64,000 nucleotides of DNA from an uncultured Verrucomicrobiae bacterium (GTDB taxonomy: Bacteria > Verrucomicrobiota > Verrucomicrobiia > Opitutales > JABDGR01): NCBI GenBank assembly GCA_963765205.1, contig CAVXVB010000009.1, positions 1,184,001 to 1,248,000 on the forward strand, read 5' to 3'. Position numbers and translations under genes: made by a program. Positions within the stretch are counted from its first letter, which is position 1; the number at the start of each line of letters is the position of its first letter. The notes beneath the pieces are model-generated. The model was given only the letters and a program-made list of their open reading frames with translations. It made no database searches and had not been told where the DNA came from. Positions 30,382 through 39,157 of this stretch are shown here, piece by piece.

Positions 30382-31536
30382 TTAGAGCGCCGCCTGCGGA
30401 GGATTAATCACCACTGCCGGTGTATTCACCGCGGGCATGCCCGGCACCATGATTTGGTTGTCCACGTTATCCAAGTTGACGACCGCAATGGCGAGGGCGC
30501 CGATGCTGTCCTTGGTGCCTTGGTTGTTGACGGAGCCGCGCAGCGTAACCCGGCCATTCAGCGTGGCCACTTCCACCCCCCAGGAGGCCAGGTCACCGGC
30601 TTGAATCGCACTGTCAATTTTCGCCGTGATGTTGATGTCGCGATAGCTCGTGCCTTGCACGAGGGCCACGTCGGTGTGCGGACCGGTGGCCGCTTGTTCG
30701 CGGGAAGCGACGACCTGCCCGGCGGAGCCATCTTGAAAGATGACATTGGGTTCCTTGTCATACGCCACTTTGGAGACATCCAGCAGCAACTCGTTGCGTT
30801 TGTCGTTGAAGCTGAGCATCGTGGGCGCAATGACCGTGGAGAATTCAAGGGGCGTCCCAAAGTTGCTGGCATTGATGTAGGCGTTGAGGATGCGCCCATT
30901 CGGCACGTCCACCACCAGGGATTGCAATTTGCCGAGGTTCTTGCCCTGCATATTATCCACCGGCATATTGATGAGCTTGCTCATGCGCTCCACAATCCCG
31001 AGGCTCGTGACGGGCCGATCGGACGCCATGGTGCGGCCGGGCGCCTCGCCCGTGAGCAGAAAGGGGGGCTCCTGCGCAAAATAGTGATAAGCGGCGGCGA
31101 TTTCATCGGTCTGCGTCGAGGCCGCCCATTTGGACAAGTCAAAGGCGGGCGCGTCTTTCCACGCTTCCGCCGTCACATCGAGCACATATACCTTTTTCTG
31201 CGAGTCAGCCATCAAAGCCGTCGGCGGCACTGCGACCGTCTTGCCGCCCATGCGCAAGGTCTGGCCGGAGACCACCAACACCTCAACGATGCGGCCGTTG
31301 GACAAATCAAGCGTGAGGTCCTGGATGCGGCCCAGGACTTCGCCTTGCGTATTGGTCACCTTAATTTCGGTGAGGTCGTTCCATTTGGTTTTCGGGCCAA
31401 AATTCCCTTCGGCGGAAATAGACGAGGGCGGGATGGGCGAGGGCGTGTTCTGGGCTTGAACCTGCAAAGGCAGACTCAAGACCAGCAGTCCGCCGGTGAG
31501 AATGGATAGGTGCTGTTTCATATTATTTTCTTTCAT
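30382..31536 (-). CDS. Exported PRC-barrel (x2) + BON domain protein
   Basis: Signal peptide; two VxNxQGxxLGxIxDL-type PRC repeats; C-terminal ITAKI..VEVATLNGRVTLRGSV..VDNQI (BON). Confidence 0.85.
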   Translation of the reverse strand: MKENNMKQHLSILTGGLLVLSLPLQVQAQNTPSPIPPSSISAEGNFGPKTKWNDLTEIKVTNTQGEVLGRIQDLTLDLSNGRIVEVLVVSGQTLRMGGKTVAVPPTALMADSQKKVYVLDVTAEAWKDAPAFDLSKWAASTQTDEIAAAYHYFAQEPPFLLTGEAPGRTMASDRPVTSLGIVERMSKLINMPVDNMQGKNLGKLQSLVVDVPNGRILNAYINASNFGTPLEFSTVIAPTMLSFNDKRNELLLDVSKVAYDKEPNVIFQDGSAGQVVASREQAATGPHTDVALVQGTSYRDINITAKIDSAIQAGDLASWGVEVATLNGRVTLRGSVNNQGTKDSIGALAIAVVNLDNVDNQIMVPGMPAVNTPAVVINPPQAAL

Positions 31537-31594
31537 AGTGAGTGGGTTGTTAAATTACTTGAAGGTAATATAGACGATAACAAGCGGGCGCGAT

Positions 31595-31611
31595 ATGGGG
31601 CATTACCCCAC
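31595..31611 (-). promoter_or_regulatory. Regulon box 1 (GTGGGGTAATGCCCCAT); -10 TATATT at 31572-31567
   Basis: Matches the 17-bp consensus; 22-nt spacer to -10; upstream of PRC/BON gene. Confidence 0.8.
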
Positions 31612-31652
31612 CAGAGATAACCCGTTCACACCCAAGCCACCAGCGGTGGCGA

Positions 31653-31669
31653 GTAGGGTTTTACCCCAT
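31653..31669 (+). promoter_or_regulatory. Regulon box 2 (GTAGGGTTTTACCCCAT); -10 TTTAAT at 31692-31697
   Basis: 22-nt spacer; upstream of HK/RR operon (autoregulation). Confidence 0.8.
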
Positions 31670-31774
31670 CGCCAGCCGGCACCATCTCGTGTTTAATGCG
31701 CGGTGTTGGCCGGCTGCTCGCCTTCTTGACGAACCATGGTTAATGGAATATAATTAAAGAGTGGCAGTCGCCGG

Positions 31775-32950
31775 ATGAACCTTTGCAATATGACTATTGG
31801 AAACGAACTTCTGCGAAAGAACGCTCGCAAGCAATTGCCGGCGCGCTACTTGGCGGGGCTGCGCGACCACTTGAGCGGGAAAAGCGCGGGGAACGGCGAT
31901 CATGCGCAAGGTTTGGGTCGCGAAGCCGTGGCCGGCGGGCTGCTGACGATGGACCTGGCCCTCATGCACGAACGGGCCCTGATCGCCCTGTCCCCCTCGT
32001 ATGATTTCGCCAACCTGCGCAGCGGCGCGATCAAGCGGGCGGGCTATTTTTTCACCCAGGTGCTCATTCCGCTGGAGGCATCCTACCGCGCCACGCACGT
32101 GGCCCACCAGCATTTGCAGCAGATCAACGAGACGCTGCGCCTGCACACGGCAGCGCTGGCCGCGGGCAACCGCGAACTGGAGCAGGAAATCACGCGCCGC
32201 AAGGTGGGCGAGGTCGTCATCCGCGAAGGCAAGGAGAAGTATCACAAGTTATTTATGGAGTCGCAGGCCATGCAGAAGAAACTCCGCCAGCTGACGCGGC
32301 AGATCATCATGGCGCAGGAGGAGGAACGCAAGGAGATCAGCCGCGAGCTGCACGACGAGGTGGTGCAAACGCTGGTCGGCATCAACGTCGAGTTGGCGGC
32401 CCTGGGCAAGGGCGCCTCCGTCGGCTTGCACACCTTCAAGGAGAAAATCGCCCGCACCCAGCGATTGGTGGAGAATTCCGTGAACGCGGTGCATCGCTTC
32501 GCCCGCGAACTGCGGCCGGCCGTGCTGGACGACTTGGGCCTGATTCCCGCCCTCCATGCGTATAGCAAAAGCCTGGCGGAGCGGAAAAAGCTCAAAATCC
32601 AGATGACGGCGTTCGGTGGGGTCGAGGCCTTGGGCACGGCCAAGCGCACGGTGCTGTTCCGCGTGGCGCAGGAGGCGCTCACCAATGTCGCCCGCCACGC
32701 GCACGCCACCCAGGTCAAAATCAGCATCACCAAGATTTCGGGCGCGATTCGGATGGAAATCAGCGACAATGGGAAATCTTTCCAAGTCGAAAAGGTTTTC
32801 GGGGCCAAATCACCCAGCCGCCTGGGCTTGATGGGCATGAAAGAGCGGGTCGAAATGGTCGGCGGCAGCTTGACCATCAAATCCGCCGTCGGCATGGGCA
32901 CGACCGTGTGCGCCGAAATCCCCTTCACCCCGGAGAAAACAAAAAAATGA
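31775..32950 (+). CDS. Cytoplasmic histidine kinase (RsbU_N-like domain, coiled coil, HisKA_3, HATPase)
   Basis: QEEERKEISRELHDEVVQ, FRVAQEALTNVARHA, GLMGMKERV; N-terminal Y...L...LGREAVAGGL...H..AL; no TM helices. Confidence 0.88.
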   Translation: MNLCNMTIGNELLRKNARKQLPARYLAGLRDHLSGKSAGNGDHAQGLGREAVAGGLLTMDLALMHERALIALSPSYDFANLRSGAIKRAGYFFTQVLIPLEASYRATHVAHQHLQQINETLRLHTAALAAGNRELEQEITRRKVGEVVIREGKEKYHKLFMESQAMQKKLRQLTRQIIMAQEEERKEISRELHDEVVQTLVGINVELAALGKGASVGLHTFKEKIARTQRLVENSVNAVHRFARELRPAVLDDLGLIPALHAYSKSLAERKKLKIQMTAFGGVEALGTAKRTVLFRVAQEALTNVARHAHATQVKISITKISGAIRMEISDNGKSFQVEKVFGAKSPSRLGLMGMKERVEMVGGSLTIKSAVGMGTTVCAEIPFTPEKTKK

Positions 32951-33633
32951 ATCCTCCCATACAAATTACGGTATTGCTGGCCGAAGACCACGCCATTGTG
33001 CGGCAGGGTCTGTGCGCACTGCTCAACGCGGACGGCCATTTTAAGGTGGTCGCCGAGGCGCGCACAGGCTGTGAAGCGGTCGAGCTGGCGCTGGCCTCGC
33101 GGCCCGATGTCATCCTGATGGACATTGCCATGCCGGTGCTCAATGGCTTGGAGGCGACGCGGCAAATCCTCGCCGCCAATCCGGCGGCCAAGGTGATCAT
33201 TCTGTCCGCACACAGCGACGACGTGTATGTGGAGCGCATGAACGAGGCCGGCGTGGCCGGCTTCCTCGAAAAACAATCGTCCGCCGAAATCTTGACCAAG
33301 GCGATCACCGAAGTCGCCCAGGGCAAAACGTTTTTCAGCCCGGCGATTGCCAAACGCATGCGTGATGCCCAAGGCCAGCCACGCGACCGGGACGGGCTGC
33401 TCAAGGCCCACGGCCACCGCCTGACTTCGCGCGAATCCGAAGTGCTGCAACTCGTGGCCGAGGGCGCGGCCAACAAACAGATCGCGGCAGCCCTTAACAT
33501 CAGCATCAAGACCGTCGAGAAGCACCGGCAGCAACTCATGGACAAGCTCAATATTCATGACACCGCCGGGCTGACGCGCTACGCGATCTCAGCCGGGGTC
33601 ATCGAGAACAGCGTCCAATTCACGATTGTCTAA
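32947..33633 (+). CDS. NarL/FixJ-family response regulator (REC + LuxR HTH)
   Basis: AEDHAIVRQG, DIAMP, LTSRESEVL, ISIKTVEKHR; ATGA overlap with the kinase. Confidence 0.93.
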   Translation: MNPPIQITVLLAEDHAIVRQGLCALLNADGHFKVVAEARTGCEAVELALASRPDVILMDIAMPVLNGLEATRQILAANPAAKVIILSAHSDDVYVERMNEAGVAGFLEKQSSAEILTKAITEVAQGKTFFSPAIAKRMRDAQGQPRDRDGLLKAHGHRLTSRESEVLQLVAEGAANKQIAAALNISIKTVEKHRQQLMDKLNIHDTAGLTRYAISAGVIENSVQFTIV

Positions 33634-33746
33634 GCCGGAGCCATTTTGCTTAACTGAATGGCAGTGAGGTCAGTTTGGCTGCGAATTTGAGCGCCATTCC
33701 GACGGTCAAGCGGACTTGGCGCGTGGGCGGTAGGGTAAAAACTTTG

Positions 33747-33763
33747 GTAGGGTATTACCCCAT
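33747..33763 (+). promoter_or_regulatory. Regulon box 3 (GTAGGGTATTACCCCAT); -10 TATACT at 33786-33791
   Basis: 22-nt spacer; GTG start 7 nt after -10; extra half-site GTAGGG at 33730. Confidence 0.82.
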
Positions 33764-33798
33764 GGCGGTTGGAACACGCCTAGTGTATACTGCCTCTT

Positions 33799-34665
33799 GT
33801 GAAAATTCGCTCCCTTATTCCTTTGCCCATGGTTACACTTGCGGTGTTGCTCATCGCCCCGGCGACGAGTTCGGCCCAGATTTTGCTGACCGCGGGCAAT
33901 TTCGCCCTGCTCGGCGGCACCGCCGTGTCCAATTCCGGGACCTCGATGATCACCGGGAACATTGGCGCGGGCACCGTCATCAGCGGTTTCCCGCCGGGGG
34001 TGGATGTGGGCTCGGAATTCGTGGCTGATCCAGTCACTACCCAAGCGCAACTGGATTTGATCAAGGCCTCAAATGGTTTGTATGGCATGCCGACCGGTAC
34101 CGGGGACAACATCGTCTCCGGGGAGTTTGGTGGGCTGACTTTGCTGCCGGGCGTGTATACGATTAGCCCCATGTCGGCGGCGTTGGACGGGACCCTCACA
34201 CTCAACGCCAATGGCGAGGCCAACGCGGTCTGGGTTTTCAACATCTACGCCTCGCTCACCACATCCGAAGATTCGGCCGTCGTCTTGGAGAATACCGTTA
34301 ACAACGGCAGCGGCGTCGGCGTTTACTGGAACGCTTACACGGGCGGCATCACCATCGGCGCCAACAGCACGGTGCTGGGAAATTACCTGGCGGGCACCAG
34401 CATTACCTTTGACGGTCTGGACAGCGGCCTGGGCGGCCGTCTGCTGGCCCAAGCCGGCGTCAGCATTGCCACGGCCTCCGACTTCAATTCCACGGGCAAT
34501 CCCGGTGGCAGTGGCTATGACGCCGGCTTGACGTATAATCCCCAGGGCGCGGTGGTGCCCATTACCGTGCCGGAGCCGGCCGCGTTTCTCTGGCTGGCGC
34601 CCCTCAGCGCACTGGGCGTGGTGCTCTGGCGGCGCCGGTTGGTGGCAAAAAAGCTGGCCGCGTAA
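33799..34665 (+). CDS. Ice-binding family (DUF3494) protein with PEP-CTERM anchor
   Basis: AGNFALLGGTAVSNSG, GLTLLPGVY, LTLNANG...WVF, GNYLAGTSITF, GRLLAQ; VPEP + TM + RRR. Confidence 0.88.
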   Translation: MKIRSLIPLPMVTLAVLLIAPATSSAQILLTAGNFALLGGTAVSNSGTSMITGNIGAGTVISGFPPGVDVGSEFVADPVTTQAQLDLIKASNGLYGMPTGTGDNIVSGEFGGLTLLPGVYTISPMSAALDGTLTLNANGEANAVWVFNIYASLTTSEDSAVVLENTVNNGSGVGVYWNAYTGGITIGANSTVLGNYLAGTSITFDGLDSGLGGRLLAQAGVSIATASDFNSTGNPGGSGYDAGLTYNPQGAVVPITVPEPAAFLWLAPLSALGVVLWRRRLVAKKLAA

Positions 34666-34822
34666 AGTGGCGGTTTGCCGTTGGCCACGGAAGTGGGCCC
34701 CTTTGCAGCCAAGGGCGCACGCCGCAATCTGTCAGCAGAATCATGTTGGTGAATCGTGTTACTTTCAATGTATCTGTCTGTATAATAATGTTTTGGGCCG
34801 GAGAGTGTTTCCGCGGCTCGAG

Positions 34823-34839
34823 GTAGGGTAACGCCCCAT
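34823..34839 (+). promoter_or_regulatory. Regulon box 4 (GTAGGGTAACGCCCCAT); -10 TAGCAT at 34862-34867
   Basis: 22-nt spacer; ATG 34875 7 nt after -10. Confidence 0.82.
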
Positions 34840-34874
34840 AGCAGATGTCGCCCAAATAGCGTAGCATGGAAACC

Positions 34875-35742
34875 ATGAAAATTTATCGTCTGATTCGAGT
34901 TGTTCCCTTTCCGGTTATCGCGCTCACCGCGTTGCTTTGCATCCCGGCCGCTGCGTCCGCCCAGACCATCTTGAAATCGGCGGGCAACTTTGCGATCCTC
35001 GGCGGCACGGGCGTAAGCAATGGCGGGCCCACGGATATCATGAGCGGGGACGTTGGCTCGACCGCGATCACCGGCTTTAACCCGGCGGGGACCGTCACCA
35101 ACGGGGGAGTAATTGTCACCGACCCGGCGATAATCACCCCGGCGCTGACGGATCTCACCAACGTCGAAACCAAGCTGGACCTCATGGCGTCCACGGCAAA
35201 CTTGAGCAATCAGGATCTGGGCGGGATGACGCTGTTACCGGGCGTGTATACGTTTGACGTTGCGGCGACGCTGGCCTTGAGCACCAACCTCACGCTGAAT
35301 GCCAATGGCGAGACCAACCCGGTGTGGGTATTCCAAATCGGTTCCTCGTTCACCGCCGGTGCAAATGCGAATATCCTGGTGACCAATCTGAACGTCGGCA
35401 GCGATGCCGGCATCTACTGGGACGCGGGAACGTTCATCACTTTCGGCGCGGACGATGAGATCATCGGAAACTTCCTGGCAAGCAGTGCCATCACTTTCGG
35501 CGACGGCACCGATGGCAGCGGCCGCGCCTTGGCGCAGACCATCAACACCCTCAGCGACAATACATTTGATTCCGACCCCGGCGCCAGCCCCAGTGGTTGG
35601 AACAGCGGCTTGATGTATAATGGGCTGGGCGACATCGTGCCCGTTCCGGAGCCGTCCGCGGTGCTTTGGCTGATGCCCCTCTGGCGCGCTGGGCTTGGTT
35701 TTCTGGCGCCGCCGCTCCATGGCCAAAACAAAAGTCGCGTAA
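34875..35742 (+). CDS. Second DUF3494 ice-binding PEP-CTERM protein; +1 frameshift at ~35682
   Basis: Paralogue of the previous gene; removing one base restores VPEPSAVLWLMPLGALGLVFWRRRSMAKTKVA* matching the paralogue's tail. Confidence 0.85.
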
Positions 35743-35969
35743 AAGCCGATGATTTGTTGCGAACCCTTCCTACGCGGGCTGGTGGTTCTGGCTTGCGTCA
35801 GCTTGGTGCTGGGTAGGAGGAAAAGAAATCGAGCTACGCGCCGGGCGTCATGGTCGAGGGGTTTTCTGCAACGATGACCCGCTTGACGGCGTTGAAACCC
35901 GCAGTGTGGAAAAGTGGACGGTTTTCTGCAAGCGCGCTTTAATTTTCCTGGCCGACTGACGGCTCCTGC

Positions 35970-36506
35970 ATGAAAAACAACGCACAACCCAAGTTAGAAC
36001 GGCTGTTGGGCGCCCGCCTGCTCGGCGGCTTCCAGAAATTTGCCCGCGCGGTGGTACGCGCGAGCGGCCATCCCCCGGCGTTCGCCGTCGCCCTCGCCAC
36101 GATTATAATCTGGTCGCTGACCGGACCCTTGTTTCGCTCGGGCAACACCTGGTTGCTGGTCATCAACACCATCACGAACATCGTCACGTTCTTGATGATT
36201 TTTTTAATTCGCAACGCCCAGAACCGGGAGAGTGAGGCGGTGCAGCTAAAACTCGATGAATTGATCCGCGCCACCAAGACGGCGCAAAACACCCTGCTGG
36301 ACATTGAGGAATTATCCGAAGATGAACTGGACCGTATCAAGGCACGTTTCGAACGGCTTGCCAAAAAGGCCCGCGAGGAGTCCGGGGTAAGCCCGGTTGA
36401 AGTCATGCTCGCAAAAACACCGCCGGCCATGGCGGCCAGTGCGCTGGCCAACCCGGGCGAATCTCCCAAAACGGAACGCGACGCGATTGAGCGGCGACCA
36501 TCCTGA
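35970..36506 (+). CDS. Low-affinity iron permease (Fet4-like) family protein
   Basis: TWLLVINTITNIVTFLMIFLIRNAQNR..AVQLKLDELIRA. Confidence 0.85.
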   Translation: MKNNAQPKLERLLGARLLGGFQKFARAVVRASGHPPAFAVALATIIIWSLTGPLFRSGNTWLLVINTITNIVTFLMIFLIRNAQNRESEAVQLKLDELIRATKTAQNTLLDIEELSEDELDRIKARFERLAKKAREESGVSPVEVMLAKTPPAMAASALANPGESPKTERDAIERRPS

Positions 36507-36866
36507 TCAGACCCGCTGACTTTCACGCATACCTAAACAATCCAAACACCCTAGATGCTGTTTCTCGCCGCGAGCGCGGCTGGACCGGTGGTGAGTGGCC
36601 GGGTGTTGCTGGGCTCCATGCTGGCGGGGAGTAGGGCATTTAATTTCCTCGAGGGCTTGATTAACGATCAGATTCTCGGACTTCATCACGTTCTCCCCGG
36701 CAGCCCGCACCAATTTTTGTTCGACATGCTCTGCTTGGCGAACGGGGTGATGTTTTTTCTGGTCGGCACCTGACTCGTTTGGTCGCGGCGGAGTACCCTC
36801 AACTAGTCTAGCTGGGTTCCCTGACTATGCTGGTCGCCACGAATTAGGTAAACGCTGGCCATGAAA

Positions 36867-36883
36867 GTAGGGTAACGCCCCAT
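36867..36883 (+). promoter_or_regulatory. Regulon box 5 (GTAGGGTAACGCCCCAT); -10 TATTCT at 36906-36911
   Basis: Identical to box 4; 22-nt spacer; ATG 36920 8 nt after -10. Confidence 0.82.
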
Positions 36884-36919
36884 AGCGGCGCAGGCAATGA
36901 TGGTGTATTCTACGCTTGC

Positions 36920-37327
36920 ATGAAAAAAACCTTTAATCTCGTCCGCAATTTGGCCACCGTTTTACTGGCCGCCAATTTGCTTCTCTCCTCGGGCTGCTTC
37001 CTCTTTGCGGTGGCCGCCGTGGGCGGTGCCGCCGCCGGCACCGTCGCTTATGTGGACGGCAAACTCGAAGTTTCGCTGGGCTACAGCTACGATGCCGTCG
37101 TTACCGCCAGCAACAGGGCGATCTCCCAGTTGCAATTTGCCCAGCCGGAAGAACGCAAAGACGCGCTGTCCGACACGCTGACGACCCATGACGCGAAAGG
37201 CGACAGCATCGAAGTGGTCGTGACTAAGGTAGGCGACAACCTGACCAAGGTGGACATTCGGGTCGGCACCTTTGGCGACCAGCCGATGTCCCAGGAGATT
37301 CTCGATAAAATCAAGGCCAACCTTTGA
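36920..37327 (+). CDS. DUF3568-family lipoprotein
   Basis: Lipobox SSGC, GAAAGTVAYVDG, IRVGTFGD...ILDKIKANL. Confidence 0.75.
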   Translation: MKKTFNLVRNLATVLLAANLLLSSGCFLFAVAAVGGAAAGTVAYVDGKLEVSLGYSYDAVVTASNRAISQLQFAQPEERKDALSDTLTTHDAKGDSIEVVVTKVGDNLTKVDIRVGTFGDQPMSQEILDKIKANL

Positions 37328-37354
37328 GGGTTGTTCTTATCCATCTCATTTTCG

Positions 37355-37600
37355 ATGAATAACCTCCTTGCCTCCCTTCCCCCCGTCCAGGCTTCCTTCG
37401 ATTCGGCACCCGGCCCTTTTTCAAATTACATGCTCTTCGAGTTATTGACCATGCATGAGGAATTGATCGGGCAGCTCCGCCTTGAAGGCCAGGAGCCTGG
37501 CAGCAATATCGGCTTTCTCAAGGAGATCATCAACCAGCATGAACAGGCCGTCATTATGCTCCACGCGCTGATTGACAACCACCAGGCGCTGGTTGGCTAA
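37355..37600 (+). CDS. Small hypothetical protein
   Basis: Co-oriented ORF filling the operon gap; HEE...QHE helical pattern. Confidence 0.45.
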   Translation: MNNLLASLPPVQASFDSAPGPFSNYMLFELLTMHEELIGQLRLEGQEPGSNIGFLKEIINQHEQAVIMLHALIDNHQALVG

Positions 37601-37638
37601 ATATTTTTTGTCCATCCAAACACTTAACTCTTAAATAT

Positions 37639-37845
37639 ATGAATAAAATCACCTCCCTCGTCCTGCTGCTGGCTGGCGTCGCCCTCATAGGCTTCGGCGT
37701 CCATGCCTCGAACTCCATTGGCTCGGATTTCTCCAAGTTTTTCACTGGTTCACCCACGGAAAAATCCATCTGGATGCTGATCGGGGGCGTCATTCTCGCC
37801 GCCGTCGGCGCCGGTGGCCTGCTGACCGGCTCAAAATCCGCCTAG
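37639..37845 (+). CDS. DUF3185-family small membrane protein
   Basis: S..SDFSKFFTGSPTEKSIWMLIGG between two TM helices. Confidence 0.8.
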   Translation: MNKITSLVLLLAGVALIGFGVHASNSIGSDFSKFFTGSPTEKSIWMLIGGVILAAVGAGGLLTGSKSA

Positions 37846-37883
37846 TCTAACTCACTGCATCCAACCTTTCCCCACCAAATTCC

Positions 37884-38048
37884 ATGTTAAACTACGCCAT
37901 TTTATTCCTACTCATCGCCATCATCGCAGGCGTCCTCGGTTTCGGGGTTATCGCGGGCACTGCGGCCATGTTCGCCCGGGTTCTCTTCCTCATTTTCCTT
38001 GTACTATTTGCGGTCTCGCTGCTGTTCGGCCGCAAGCCGAATGCTTGA
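37884..38048 (+). CDS. DUF1328 (YtjA-like) small membrane protein, 54 aa, below ORF-track cutoff
   Basis: Hand translation [54 protein letters not shown]. Confidence 0.88.
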   Translation: MLNYAILFLLIAIIAGVLGFGVIAGTAAMFARVLFLIFLVLFAVSLLFGRKPNA

Positions 38049-38108
38049 GCCGGACGCCGCGCCCAGCCCATGGACTCCATTTTAAATCCAAAATCAAAAG
38101 AAATTATC

Positions 38109-38423
38109 ATGAAAAACAACATCGACACTGCTCCCACCGCCAAAGATCTCCTCAATGAACTGCAGGCCCTTGTCGTCGAAGCCGAGACGCTAATGGCTGG
38201 CTCCCTAGCCGAACACTCGACCGAGGCGCTCGGCCAGTTGCGCGCGCGATTCTGCGCCGCCCAGGAGCGATTCGGCGAAATCTACGACGGCGCGAAGCAA
38301 AAAGTCGTCGCCGGGGCCAAATACACCGACGCGACCATCCGCGAGAATCCCTACCAATCACTGGCCATCGCGCTCGGTTTGGGCGTCGCCCTTGGCGTGC
38401 TGATTGGGCGGCGCAGCAAATAA
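38109..38423 (+). CDS. DUF883 (ElaB/YqjD/YgaM) tail-anchored protein
   Basis: TDATIRENPYQSLAIALGLGVALGVLIGRR. Confidence 0.88.
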   Translation: MKNNIDTAPTAKDLLNELQALVVEAETLMAGSLAEHSTEALGQLRARFCAAQERFGEIYDGAKQKVVAGAKYTDATIRENPYQSLAIALGLGVALGVLIGRRSK

Positions 38424-38435
38424 CCGCTTCCGTCC

Positions 38436-38831
38436 ATGAAGACCACGACTTCGACCGCAGCTTCCGTTGGTTATCTCAGTTCGCTGCGGACATTGGGGGA
38501 CGGTTTCCTTGCGGGCGCCCACGAGCGGATTGAGCTGTTCACGGTTGAGCTGCGGGAGGAAAAGTTCCGGCAGATGCAAACATTTATCTGGCTGAGCGCA
38601 GCCGTTTTTACCGGCATGATGGCGATCACCTTCGCCAGTCTGACACTGGTTTATCTCTTCTGGGAAAGTTCCCGCCTGGCGGTGCTCGGCGGGCTGACGG
38701 TCATCTACGCGGGGGCGCTGGTCGTGATCATTATCGCATTTCGCGGCTTTCTGGCGCGCCAGCCCAACCCATTCGCGGCCACCCTTCAAGAAATCGAGGA
38801 AGACCGCGCATGTATCCGCAGCGAGAACTGA
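38436..38831 (+). CDS. YqjE-like (phage holin family 3.6) membrane protein
   Basis: RIELFTVELREEK, two TMs, PFAATLQEIEEDR; follows DUF883 as in yqjDEK. Confidence 0.82.
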   Translation: MKTTTSTAASVGYLSSLRTLGDGFLAGAHERIELFTVELREEKFRQMQTFIWLSAAVFTGMMAITFASLTLVYLFWESSRLAVLGGLTVIYAGALVVIIIAFRGFLARQPNPFAATLQEIEEDRACIRSEN

Positions 38832-39157
38832 CCCAACTGGCCGCCCACAAGGTCGCGCTCCGGCGGGACATTGCGTTGCGCCGTATGCAATGCGTCGAGG
38901 CGGCCGTCCGCGTGACGAAGCCCTTGGAGTGGCTCGAACGGGCGCTGGCCTTTTGGCGGCGACTGGCACCGCTGGCCCAAGCTGCGGCTATGCCGCTGGG
39001 CCTCCTGGCCTCGCGCAAAGCTTTACCCCGCCGGAAGATTCTCGGCACCGTTTTGCGCTGGGGCCCGCTCGTCTTGAGCGTCGTGCGCGGGATTCGTTCG
39101 ACGGATAAAACACGCATTGGGTCACGCGCGACGCAGCCCCCTACGTCAAATCCGTAA
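38810..39157 (+). CDS. YqjK-like protein
   Basis: Basic small ORF in the third position of a yqjDEK-like arrangement. Confidence 0.55.
   Translation: MYPQRELTQLAAHKVALRRDIALRRMQCVEAAVRVTKPLEWLERALAFWRRLAPLAQAAAMPLGLLASRKALPRRKILGTVLRWGPLVLSVVRGIRSTDKTRIGSRATQPPTSNP

Noticed and set aside
35859..35932. Repeated GGTTTTCTGCAA upstream of the iron permease gene
   Set aside because: Two copies only, does not fit the 17-bp box; no function can be supported.
36555..36773. 72-aa ORF between iron permease and DUF3568
   Set aside because: No recognisable motif or clear translation signal; not supported.
38436..38831. 'Phage holin' as prophage evidence
   Set aside because: It is the YqjE-like member of a yqjDEK-type stress operon.
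28235..39157. tRNA-Cys + tyrosine recombinase as an integrated island or prophage
   Set aside because: The recombinase looks like housekeeping XerC, I found no repeat of the tRNA 3' end, and there are no phage genes.
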